Positions 19,796-28,630 of a stretch of DNA of 64,000 nt are shown here, in pieces. Origin of the DNA: Bacteroidota bacterium. GTDB lineage: Bacteria > Bacteroidota > Bacteroidia > Chitinophagales > LD1. The DNA lies in the NCBI GenBank assembly GCA_016715625.1, contig JADJZU010000001.1, positions 74,872-138,871 of the forward strand. Direction: 5' to 3'. Position 1 is the stretch's first letter, and every line of letters starts with the position of its first letter. The position numbers and the translations under genes are program-made. The notes beneath the pieces are model-generated. The model did no database searches and was not told the DNA's origin. It saw only the letters and a program-made list of their open reading frames with translations.

Positions 19796-20918
19796 CTAAG
19801 TTTGCCAGCATTTCACCGGCTTTGCTACCAATAGCCACCCCCATTCCGCCCATCCTAACGCCTAAAATGACGCGGTGACTTTTCTGCTTTATAATGGGAA
19901 ACTTGGATGCACCAAAGGCCATAATACCGGTCCACGCATCCGCAATCCGAAATGTATGATAAGGCAAAATAACATTCCGCAGCTTATCTTCCAGGTCGGC
20001 TAATATTTTCGAATTGTATTCAAACGCAGTAGATGTTTCTCCATCAAAATCAAGATTTCTTCCACCGCCAAACAATATACGGCCTTCCAATTCCCTGAAA
20101 TAATAAAAGCCCTTGGCAAAGTGAAAAATTCCCTGAAACGAAAGATTTTCAATCACATCGGTGATAATAACCTGCCCTCTGCCTGGCTTTACATCCTCGT
20201 CCGGAAACAAAGTAGCCGTAAATGCATTCGTACAAACAATGAGTTTCTGCGCTTTAAAAGAAACATCCTGCTGAATATACGGATGCGCTACACCCACGGT
20301 CACCGAATTGGATTCCTCTTCGATGGCGGAAACATTACAGCCGGTTCGTATCTCAATGCCTCGCTCTGCGCATATACGCGATAATGCGCGCATCATACTT
20401 CCGGTGTGCAACTCTCCTTCCAGCATGTTCTGAACCAAATGAGAAACCATAGACTTATTAAACCCAAAAGAACTTATGAGGTGATCTGCTCGCGAAAATG
20501 CAGGCGATTTCAGGATCGGATTCAGCAATTTATTGACGGCATCCATTCTATCCAATGCATCCACTTCCTTCTTAGTAATTAGCTCGTAGCTGCCGCGCTC
20601 ACGATATTGTAAATTTTTATCGCCAATCCGTTTTCGAAGAAGTTGCAAACCATTCAAACGCAGCTCTACCAATTTTAAAACTTCTTCCTCTCTCATTATA
20701 GAAAGATCATCCAATATCTCGGTCAAGCTGCCTATGCAAGCAAATCCAGCGTTTTTGGTGCTGGCACCGGTAGGCAAAATGCCTCGCTCCAATACCAAGA
20801 TGGAGGCTTCGGGTTTTTTATCGCGAATCGACAGGGCCGTGCTAAGCCCCACAATCCCACTGCCAACAATGATGTAATCGTATTGTAGAAAGGATTCTTT
20901 CTCCCAGAATGAAAGCAT
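19782..20918 (-). CDS. FAD-dependent oxidoreductase (DAO family)
   Basis: N-terminal dinucleotide fold DYIIVGSGIVGLSTA and DAO-like length. Confidence 0.75.
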   Translation of the reverse strand: MLSFWEKESFLQYDYIIVGSGIVGLSTALSIRDKKPEASILVLERGILPTGASTKNAGFACIGSLTEILDDLSIMREEEVLKLVELRLNGLQLLRKRIGDKNLQYRERGSYELITKKEVDALDRMDAVNKLLNPILKSPAFSRADHLISSFGFNKSMVSHLVQNMLEGELHTGSMMRALSRICAERGIEIRTGCNVSAIEEESNSVTVGVAHPYIQQDVSFKAQKLIVCTNAFTATLFPDEDVKPGRGQVIITDVIENLSFQGIFHFAKGFYYFRELEGRILFGGGRNLDFDGETSTAFEYNSKILADLEDKLRNVILPYHTFRIADAWTGIMAFGASKFPIIKQKSHRVILGVRMGGMGVAIGSKAGEMLANLATVD

Positions 20919-20964
20919 GTGATAATTTTAACGATTAAAGTACCGGGGCTAAAGTTTATTTAAT

Positions 20965-23166
20965 TTGTATTCAACTATAAGCAGCATATCTACTTCCATT
21001 GTTATACAAAACCAATATCATGAAAAAGTTTTTAATTCTTCTTGCACTTCTTCCTCTTTCTTTATCCATGCCCAAAATCCGGTCATTAATTTAACACAGC
21101 TGCAAACCGGATTTGATAGTCCTGTAGGTGTAATGTCCTGTGGAGATAATCGGCTCTTTATCCTGGAACAAGACGGACGAATACGGATAATGAGTAAAAG
21201 TGGTGTTATTAATACTACCGCATTTTTGGATATCTCAGGACCGGTACAAAGTTCGGGGAATGAACAAGGACTTCTTGGTTTGGCTTTTAGCCCTAACTAT
21301 AAACAAGATGGTTTTTTCTATATAAATTATATAATAGGCAACGGTGCAGGTTCCACACGCATTTCAAGATTCAGTGTAAATCCCACCGACTCAAACCTAG
21401 CTGATGTAAATAGTGAAGTCATTATTTTAGAGTTCACACAACCATATACCAACCATAACGGAGGTAACATAATGTTTGGCCCCGATGGCTATTTATACAT
21501 TAATCAGGGCGATGGAGGAAGTGGCAATGACCCGCAAGGCAATGGGCAAAACAAAAACACTTTCTTGGGCAAGATACTTAGAATAGATGTGAACAACCAG
21601 AGCACTTATGCCATACCTAGTACGAACCCGTTTGTTGGCCAGGCAAATGTGAAAGAAGAAATATGGGCCTACGGATTGCGCAATCCTTGGCGTGCAAGTT
21701 TTGATCGCCTGACTGGTGATATGTGGATTGGCGATGTAGGACAAGATGCATGGGAGGAAATAGATTTTCAGCCGGCAAGCAGTACAGGAGGGGAAAATTA
21801 TGGCTGGCGTTGCCGCGAGGGATTTCACGTTACTCCGGCACCTGCAAATACGTCCGGTTGTCCAAGCACAGGGTTTGTAGACCCGGTATATGAAGTACCA
21901 CAAGCTGGTGGAACTAGTTGCTCTATCACAGGAGGATATGTCTATCGCGGTGCGCAACACAATTCGCTTTTTGGCAGATATCTCTTTACTGACTATTGCA
22001 GCGGAAGATTCTGGGCCATAAGAAAAACAGGAGCTAACACGTTTGCATTCGATACACTACAGTCATTTACTACTTTCCAATATACGTCCTTCGGGCAAGA
22101 CAACTTAGGAGAGTTATATATTTGTTACAGAGGAAGCACTTCCACCAATGGTCGGATTTATAAAATATCTGAAACATCTGATTGTAAACCGGTAGCTTTT
22201 ATCTCGTTTGATGATTCTCTTTCAGGCTGTGCCCCTGTAAATATTTCAGCGCTAAAGGGTGAAGGGCTTGCTTACCAATGGTACAATTCTACCGGGCTAA
22301 TTAATGGCGCAAACTCCCCGGAGCACGCTCCAATTCAAAGCGGTTACTATAAAGTACTTGTTTCTAAACCCGGTCAGAGTGGTTGCGAATCTATGAGCGA
22401 TTCTATTTATGTGACTATAAAAGATACAACTGCGATTGTTCCATCAAACAACCTGCTGGAGTTTTGCACAAATGCAGCCAGTTTCGATCTTACCAGTCAT
22501 CTGTCTCCAGCAGGAGGAGTAATTTCAGGTAACGGTCTGAGTGGTAGTGTTGTTGTTCCTTCAGCATTGTCAGCAGGCGTTTACAATGCATCGTATGTTT
22601 ATCAAAACACAGATGGCTGCACTTCCAATTTCGCTTTCAGTTTTGAGATTTTAGATTCCAGCACCATAACCACAAACGCACCATCAACTGTGTTCTGTAA
22701 CACAGAGGCCGCATTTACTCTGGATGGCATTTGCACTCCATCGGGCGGAAATTATTCGGGAATTGCTGTGAGTAATAATTCATTTAATCCGGCATTGGCC
22801 AATATTGGAGTAAATAACGTGGCCTACACCTTTACGAATGCTGATGGCTGCATTTCGTCAGGTTCTTTTTTAATATCTGTGCAAAACTGCACCGGTACTG
22901 AAGACTTAAGAAACTCTGAATCATTAATGATTTTTCCCAATCCAAACAAAGGGACTTTCACTTTGCAAATGGAATCGGCAGAGAATGCAAATACATATAT
23001 CGAAGTTACAGATATGGCTGGGCGTATTGTATTCGGTCAGTCTGAAAACTTTGTTTCTGGAACGAACGTTTCTAAAATGAACCTGACCGATTTATCCAAG
23101 GGCATTTATTATTTATCGGTAAAAAGCGATGCATTTGCAGTCATGAAAAAAATAATGATTCAATAA
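20965..23166 (+). CDS. PQQ-dependent sugar dehydrogenase-like beta-propeller protein with T9SS type A sorting domain (5' end apparently frameshifted)
   Basis: HNGGNIMFGPDGYLYINQGDGGSGNDPQGNGQN, LGKILRIDV and YGLRNPWRASFD are typical of the soluble glucose/sorbosone dehydrogenase family. C-terminus MIFPNPNKGTFTL...IMIQ. The listed ORF starts at TTG with no signal peptide. A signal-peptide ORF starts at ATG 21020 in the adjacent frame. Confidence 0.75.
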   Translation: MYSTISSISTSIVIQNQYHEKVFNSSCTSSSFFIHAQNPVINLTQLQTGFDSPVGVMSCGDNRLFILEQDGRIRIMSKSGVINTTAFLDISGPVQSSGNEQGLLGLAFSPNYKQDGFFYINYIIGNGAGSTRISRFSVNPTDSNLADVNSEVIILEFTQPYTNHNGGNIMFGPDGYLYINQGDGGSGNDPQGNGQNKNTFLGKILRIDVNNQSTYAIPSTNPFVGQANVKEEIWAYGLRNPWRASFDRLTGDMWIGDVGQDAWEEIDFQPASSTGGENYGWRCREGFHVTPAPANTSGCPSTGFVDPVYEVPQAGGTSCSITGGYVYRGAQHNSLFGRYLFTDYCSGRFWAIRKTGANTFAFDTLQSFTTFQYTSFGQDNLGELYICYRGSTSTNGRIYKISETSDCKPVAFISFDDSLSGCAPVNISALKGEGLAYQWYNSTGLINGANSPEHAPIQSGYYKVLVSKPGQSGCESMSDSIYVTIKDTTAIVPSNNLLEFCTNAASFDLTSHLSPAGGVISGNGLSGSVVVPSALSAGVYNASYVYQNTDGCTSNFAFSFEILDSSTITTNAPSTVFCNTEAAFTLDGICTPSGGNYSGIAVSNNSFNPALANIGVNNVAYTFTNADGCISSGSFLISVQNCTGTEDLRNSESLMIFPNPNKGTFTLQMESAENANTYIEVTDMAGRIVFGQSENFVSGTNVSKMNLTDLSKGIYYLSVKSDAFAVMKKIMIQ

Positions 23167-23180
23167 TAATTGACGAACCA

Positions 23181-24764
23181 GTGATGAAATACCTTACAGC
23201 TCTGCTCCTGTTACCCTTCTTTATTGATGCGCAAACCGTACGCATCTCCATACTTGAATCATCGGGTCTTAATTCCGCACCGGCTATCCACTCCGGTGCC
23301 TTCGGAACTTTCAAAAACAAATGGTATTTCATTGGCGGCAGACAAAACGGACTACATGGATTCACTACTCCATCGGCATTCCCAACTAATGGAATAAATG
23401 ATATAATTTACATAACTGACCCCGCCAATAACCAAATGTGGTCTGCATCTACATCCACTCTGCCAGATAACATTCGCGAAGCTATAACCAGTAGTAATAT
23501 GCAGTTTCATTTAAGCGACTCCACATTATACATGGTTGGTGGCTATGGATGGAAAGATGCCATTCAGAATTTTATTACCTGGCCTACATTAACAGCTATT
23601 GACATGAATGGTCTAATGAATGCGGTAATCAACAATCAAAGTATCGCGCCATATTTCCGCCAAATAGAGGATTCCTCATTAGCTATATGTGGTGCTCACC
23701 TTCAAAAATTGGATTCAGTTTATTATCTGGTATTTGGACATAGGTTTGATGGATACTATGACAGAACGGACACTTCAGGATTTCATATTCAGCGGTATTC
23801 ACATGAAATCCGAAAGTTTCAAATTGAGGACGATGGCACTTCCTTGTCACTTAAAAACTATTCAGCAATACAGGACAGCGCTAATTTTAGAAGAAGAGAT
23901 TACAACCTCATTCCGCAGATTTTCCCTAATGGTAAAGAAGGCTTCACAGCATTCAGCGGAGTTTTTAGAAAAGGAATTGACCTTCCATATCTTGATTGCA
24001 TAGATATAACTGATACCGGATATCAAATCCGAAGCACTTTTAATCAAACACTTAGTCAATATCACAGTGCAGTATGTGCACTTTACGACTCTTCAACAGG
24101 AGCGATGCACAACTTATTTTTTGGTGGCATGGGAATGTATTATCGTGACACCACAACCGGGCTTACCGTTATAGATTCACAGGTTCCTTTTGTGCGCACC
24201 ATCAGTGCCGTTACACGAAACGCTGCGAATCAATTACAGGAATATGACTTGAATATTTCTTTCCCGGCATTACTGGGGACCAACGCATATTTTCTTCCTG
24301 ACTTCCAGGCGCCCTTGTACAAAGAGCAATACATCAATTATTCCTTATTGCAGAATCATCAGCGCGTTGGATATATCATTGGGGGTATTGAAAGCCCTGA
24401 GTTAAATATAAATTCTACAGACCCTTCACTAAGCTTTGCGACTGCTCGTGTTTTCGAAGTATTTATTGAAAAAGATACTGTATCTGCCATACGCCCCGTA
24501 AAAAATGAGGTCATCAATTTCATATGTTATCCAAACCCTGCTTCTAATTTTGTAAACGTAGAGTTTGAGCTTGTAAAAGCTAGTAAGGTAAGTATTGAAT
24601 TAGTGAGTACGGAAGGAAAGGTATTGAGCGAAATTGTCAATAAAAACTATACCACAGGAAAACAGAAATTGCTTGCAGATATTTCAGGACTTCCGCGAGG
24701 AGTTTTCGCTTGTGTTCTTCGAACCCAAGGTCAAAAAATAGTTATTCGGTTGGAGAAGCAGTAG
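23181..24764 (+). CDS. secreted hypothetical protein, possibly beta-propeller/Kelch-like, with T9SS type A sorting domain
   Basis: Signal peptide MMKYLTALLLLPFFIDAQ. Recurring GG blade-like motifs (WYFIGGRQ, LYMVGGYGW, FFGGMGMY, YIIGGIES). C-terminus CYPNPASNFVNVEF... Confidence 0.6.
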   Translation: MMKYLTALLLLPFFIDAQTVRISILESSGLNSAPAIHSGAFGTFKNKWYFIGGRQNGLHGFTTPSAFPTNGINDIIYITDPANNQMWSASTSTLPDNIREAITSSNMQFHLSDSTLYMVGGYGWKDAIQNFITWPTLTAIDMNGLMNAVINNQSIAPYFRQIEDSSLAICGAHLQKLDSVYYLVFGHRFDGYYDRTDTSGFHIQRYSHEIRKFQIEDDGTSLSLKNYSAIQDSANFRRRDYNLIPQIFPNGKEGFTAFSGVFRKGIDLPYLDCIDITDTGYQIRSTFNQTLSQYHSAVCALYDSSTGAMHNLFFGGMGMYYRDTTTGLTVIDSQVPFVRTISAVTRNAANQLQEYDLNISFPALLGTNAYFLPDFQAPLYKEQYINYSLLQNHQRVGYIIGGIESPELNINSTDPSLSFATARVFEVFIEKDTVSAIRPVKNEVINFICYPNPASNFVNVEFELVKASKVSIELVSTEGKVLSEIVNKNYTTGKQKLLADISGLPRGVFACVLRTQGQKIVIRLEKQ

Positions 24765-25845
24765 TGGAATCAGGTTCAGACAATGGAAGCGATACGCTAT
24801 CAGTTTCTTGCCTTGCCTCAATCTTCTTTGCTGCCTTATTAGTCTGCTTGGTCAGCATGGCTAATGTGGCTCTTATATCTTTCAGTTTTTCCTCTTTGGA
24901 TGCCATGTTTTCGTTCAGCATTCTGATTTTCACATGGTTCAATTGCAATTCAAGCGCTTTTACATTAGGGCTATTGGCTTTACGCTGAAAATATTCAAGA
25001 TCCTTTTTATCATGATCTAAAGACGCTTCCATTTTCCTTATCACTTCATTCAATCCCTTGATTCGAGCAGCGTTCTTGTCAGAGAAAAAATGGTTACGTT
25101 GTTCACTAATATGATGAAAGGCCGAATCAAATGCCTTTTTCACCAGCGTATCATCACTTTTAGTTAAGCGATTTTTTCTTGACTCCGATTGCAGCGTTTT
25201 CAAATCTTCCATCAACACCTTAAAGTTGGCTTTCTCATCCGCCTTTGCCTTAATATCTTCAATAGAAGCTACAATTTCATCTCTTAGTTTTGCTGAGGCC
25301 GCTTCAAACTCTGCGCTCTCCGATTTGCGGAAAGTCTTTAGCTTTTCGAAGACTGAATTCACATCATCTTTAATTTTATCGAGACGTTCCTGGCTGATGT
25401 CGCGCTCTTTCCGATGTTCCAAAACTCGCTCCCAAAACGATTTGGCATCGTCAAACAACTGGCGGTCGTATTGGGTAAGCGCATTCGATTTTTGAATCAA
25501 CTCATCCAATTCCTGCAAGTAACTTTCCCAAAGTTTTGCTGTGAGTAATTGATATGCCCACTCATTTTGTTTGCCTCTGATTTTGCCGGTTTCGGAAGAG
25601 AGAATGTTGTCCGGCAATATGGTTTCATCATTCGGGTTTGGGGTAATCACTTCCGTTCCCTCCGGGAAAGCGAACTCCTCACCTGCTGTCCATTTACTCT
25701 CTAAATGCTCCAACTGCAATTTGTCTATAGCTGCCAAAGGTATTACGCGCAAATCAACCCGAAATGCTGATTCATTCAGTTCATATGCCAGAATAACCTT
25801 CTCCTCATTTTTGTTCGTGCCGGTGGCAACAAATCTCGATTGCAT
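24742..25845 (-). CDS. hypothetical coiled-coil protein
   Basis: 367 aa, charged and helical, with no motif I can name. Its 3' end overlaps the convergent upstream gene by 23 nt. Confidence 0.5.
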   Translation of the reverse strand: MQSRFVATGTNKNEEKVILAYELNESAFRVDLRVIPLAAIDKLQLEHLESKWTAGEEFAFPEGTEVITPNPNDETILPDNILSSETGKIRGKQNEWAYQLLTAKLWESYLQELDELIQKSNALTQYDRQLFDDAKSFWERVLEHRKERDISQERLDKIKDDVNSVFEKLKTFRKSESAEFEAASAKLRDEIVASIEDIKAKADEKANFKVLMEDLKTLQSESRKNRLTKSDDTLVKKAFDSAFHHISEQRNHFFSDKNAARIKGLNEVIRKMEASLDHDKKDLEYFQRKANSPNVKALELQLNHVKIRMLNENMASKEEKLKDIRATLAMLTKQTNKAAKKIEARQETDSVSLPLSEPDSTTASPTE

Positions 25846-25934
25846 TTCAATAAATTTTGTTCAGTGTGGTGTGAAAGGGTGCCAAAGATAAATCTTCAAT
25901 TCACATATTGAAGTCCGCTATAAATAACGAAAAT

Positions 25935-26447
25935 CTATCCTAAAAGCGATTTCAGCTCATGTGTTTCGCTCAATTTCATTCTGCCGGCTAATACCAACCT
26001 CAACTCGCGCCTTCCCAAAGCATCTGAAAACATTCGCTTGTCCTCTTCCGACTCCGGAATCAATGGTGTTACTTTTCGCGGTCTGCCATTACTGTCCAAA
26101 GCTACAAAAGTGTAAAAGGCTTCATTACACTTGTATCGGGTTTGCGATGGCAGGTTCTCCGCCCACACAGAAATATGTGTTTCTAAGGAGGTATTAAACA
26201 CGCGTGTAACTTTCGCAGTAATCGTAACCACATCACCAATCTTAATTGGGTTTTCAAAACTCACATTGTCTACTGAGGCGGTTACCACCACGGCATTGGA
26301 ATGTTTGCCGGCAGCAATAGCGGAAGCAATATCCATCCAATGCAATATTTTACCTCCACGTAAATTGTTCAAAGCATTCGTATCGTTGGGCAATACAATT
26401 TCTGTCATCACCGTAAGGCTTTCACTAGGAACTTTTCCTTCTTTCAT
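25935..26447 (-). CDS. acyl-CoA thioesterase (hotdog fold, YciA/ACOT-like)
   Basis: 170 aa. PNDTNALNNLRGGKILHWMDIASAIAA matches the acyl-CoA hydrolase signature. Confidence 0.8.
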   Translation of the reverse strand: MKEGKVPSESLTVMTEIVLPNDTNALNNLRGGKILHWMDIASAIAAGKHSNAVVVTASVDNVSFENPIKIGDVVTITAKVTRVFNTSLETHISVWAENLPSQTRYKCNEAFYTFVALDSNGRPRKVTPLIPESEEDKRMFSDALGRRELRLVLAGRMKLSETHELKSLLG

Positions 26448-26477
26448 GTAAATTTTTTTGAGTTTAACTATTGCTGT

Positions 26478-27530
26478 TTATTCTGCCTTCTTACCAAAAT
26501 GATACTCGAAAAGAGAGACCTTGTCTCGAAGTTTTTCCAGCGTAACAGTGCATTTCATGTTTGCCAAAGCTTCGTTTCTATTCGATGAAGTAAAATACAT
26601 ACTCGTTCCGCTCAAGCGGTCTGCATCTATTCCATTTTCATATAGATATTTTACAATACGCATAGCTCGCATGGTTTCGGGTCGCATATTTCGTTTCTTA
26701 ATAACATCCGGCATTGCTTTGCTAAAAGTTGGAATAGAATCAATAAAAGCGAAAACTGAGTCGTCACTCACTTTATTAAACTCCCCTTTGTCGGAACAAC
26801 CATTGATTTGCACGCGAATGTCGGTGTTAATTTTTAACCACTGTAACAGTTTAGACTGCTTCAGGAGATTATCATCTCCCTCCAGTTCGGTCACATTCGG
26901 CTTATAAGTGAATACGTAATTCATAATTGTATCATTCAAATCCACAAATTGAGAATCTACCTTTAGCGAAACTCTATCAGATGGATTGATTAATAAAGCG
27001 GAAACTCTAGCGCCTTCATTGACATACTCATGTGTAAATTTCTGAAGTTCGTTCAACTTTATATTCATAATACTATCAGCCAAACTGGTGAAAAAGTTAT
27101 CATCGTTATAGGGCCAAAAACGGGCAACCCAGTCCGGATAGTCTTTGGTTTTTTTGATAGCCTCAAACTCTTTTTTGAAAATAACTTTACCCGCATTCAT
27201 CATCGACTCATTAATCAATAACTTGTCTATCCGCTGCATCTCACTCATTACCATGTTATAAGTAGCCATCAGATTTTCCTTTGCAGGAACAATAACCACC
27301 CTGAGCACCGATGAAAAATTATTTGCCTCGTATTGAAAGGCAAGTTTTTTGCACTTTAGCTTAGCAGCTTTTACCTGTATATAATTGTTTTTGTCGTTCA
27401 AAATAGAGCTAAGCAAATATGACTTGTGCCCATCTTTCTGGTTAGAGTAGGCCCCGGGAAACTGCCAGCAAATCTGAAACTCCGGATCTTCCATGCTATC
27501 TTCAAAAACAAGCTGAGTGGAATAAATCAT
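26478..27530 (-). CDS. M16_C-like region fused to OmpA-like C-terminal domain (probable 3' part of a split gene)
   Basis: The C-terminus INGCSDKGE...NMRPETMRAMRIVKYLYENGIDADRLSG follows the OmpA-like pattern (GxTDxxG...NxxLSxxRAxxVxxYLxxxGIxxxRL). The N-terminal half continues the M16-like fold of the upstream ORF. Confidence 0.6.
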   Translation of the reverse strand: MIYSTQLVFEDSMEDPEFQICWQFPGAYSNQKDGHKSYLLSSILNDKNNYIQVKAAKLKCKKLAFQYEANNFSSVLRVVIVPAKENLMATYNMVMSEMQRIDKLLINESMMNAGKVIFKKEFEAIKKTKDYPDWVARFWPYNDDNFFTSLADSIMNIKLNELQKFTHEYVNEGARVSALLINPSDRVSLKVDSQFVDLNDTIMNYVFTYKPNVTELEGDDNLLKQSKLLQWLKINTDIRVQINGCSDKGEFNKVSDDSVFAFIDSIPTFSKAMPDVIKKRNMRPETMRAMRIVKYLYENGIDADRLSGTSMYFTSSNRNEALANMKCTVTLEKLRDKVSLFEYHFGKKAE

Positions 27531-28291
27531 TGGCTTGATATCAATAATCTTTGTAATGCTTTCCGGGTCGTAATCCCCTTTAAAAGCCTACTGGCGGATG
27601 GGGTAAAATCGTTGATTATGGACTGTGTTTGAAAACTCCCGTTTACACTACAGATTGTATTGTCCGATTTATAATACCGCGCCTTATGTTTCTGTAAAGA
27701 AGCCTGATTAAAATTCTTGAATTTAGCGGGATTGCCTGTCACATTCAATCGATCAAACTCCACACGATACAGTTTCCGCAACATCGTGCTATCCATCCGC
27801 TGTCGAACACTCGATGCCTGTGACAACTCCTCCTGAATGGACTCTATCGCATACCGCAATTCCAAATCACGGATAACGGAGTTATAAACCGAGTCCACCA
27901 TTAAATCAAAGCAGTTTTTTACATACGAAGAACTCACTCTAAACTTAAAAACGGATTGTTCGGTAGTAACAAATGAATTGAAGCTGCAGCTCTTGTTATT
28001 GAGAATATTACGGCTGTTAGAAAGATGTCTTTGAATTTTATTGGACATGATATGCTCCAATACATTGGATATACCGCTGAAAGAATCCTGTTCATAGATA
28101 CTTCCGAAACGGATATGAAAACTAACTTCAATAGTGGGTGAAGGTGTATTGTTTTTGATGATAATGTTTAGGCCATTCGTTAGCTTGAGAAAATTCAACT
28201 CCCCTTGTGCATAGGTTTCTATCTGCGCCTCCAATTCTGAAAAAGACAGCAGCAGAAGTAGCGATACAATTATCTGTTTTAATTGGTTCAT
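27527..28291 (-). CDS. M16 (insulinase)-like domain protein lacking the HxxEH zinc motif (probable 5' part of a split gene)
   Basis: ATG at 28291 gives the signal peptide MNQLKQIIVSLLLLLSFSELEAQ. GSIYEQDSFSGISNVLEHIM aligns to the M16 G..HFLEHM region, but the first His is Asn. Confidence 0.6.
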   Translation of the reverse strand: MNQLKQIIVSLLLLLSFSELEAQIETYAQGELNFLKLTNGLNIIIKNNTPSPTIEVSFHIRFGSIYEQDSFSGISNVLEHIMSNKIQRHLSNSRNILNNKSCSFNSFVTTEQSVFKFRVSSSYVKNCFDLMVDSVYNSVIRDLELRYAIESIQEELSQASSVRQRMDSTMLRKLYRVEFDRLNVTGNPAKFKNFNQASLQKHKARYYKSDNTICSVNGSFQTQSIINDFTPSASRLLKGITTRKALQRLLISSQ

Positions 28292-28352
28292 GAAGCGAAT
28301 TTTGGAAATCTGACCGTTTGTTTCAAATTTGGCGAAACATAATTCAAATAAT

Positions 28353-28553
28353 ATGAACAAAATCATTCTAGCCTTCGCAACACTAATATTTATTTCTTTT
28401 TCCGTTTCTTCTTGCAGCAAGTGTTATACCTGTGATTTTGGAGATAATGACGTTCGCGATTTTTGTCCGAAAGATTTCCCTGATAAAGCCGATGGCCTGA
28501 AAATAACCATTGACGCTTATGAAAAGCAAGGATATAAATGCACTGCCAAATAA
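28353..28553 (+). CDS. small Cys-containing lipoprotein, hypothetical
   Basis: ATG at 28353 gives MNKIILAFATLIFISFSVSSC (lipobox) followed by a 46-aa mature part with 5 further Cys. A strong terminator follows. Confidence 0.5.
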   Translation: MNKIILAFATLIFISFSVSSCSKCYTCDFGDNDVRDFCPKDFPDKADGLKITIDAYEKQGYKCTAK

Positions 28554-28571
28554 TTTTTTAAAGTTTTTTTT

Positions 28572-28617
28572 CCATAAACAAAATCGCCCCGAAAATTCGG
28601 GGCGATTTTGTTTATGG
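28572..28617. terminator. bidirectional terminator, perfect 20-bp inverted repeat
   Basis: CCATAAACAAAATCGCCCCG (28572-28591) and CGGGGCGATTTTGTTTATGG (28598-28617) are exact reverse complements with a 6-nt loop. The GC core is flanked by A/T runs between convergent genes. Confidence 0.8.
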
Positions 28618-28630
28618 AATAGGATCTATG

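Noticed and set aside
24742-24764. There is a 23-nt 3'-3' overlap of convergent genes, with similar overlaps at 19782-19795 and 52443-52474.
   Set aside because: Short convergent overlaps are common in compact genomes. No hairpin or special sequence is associated with them.
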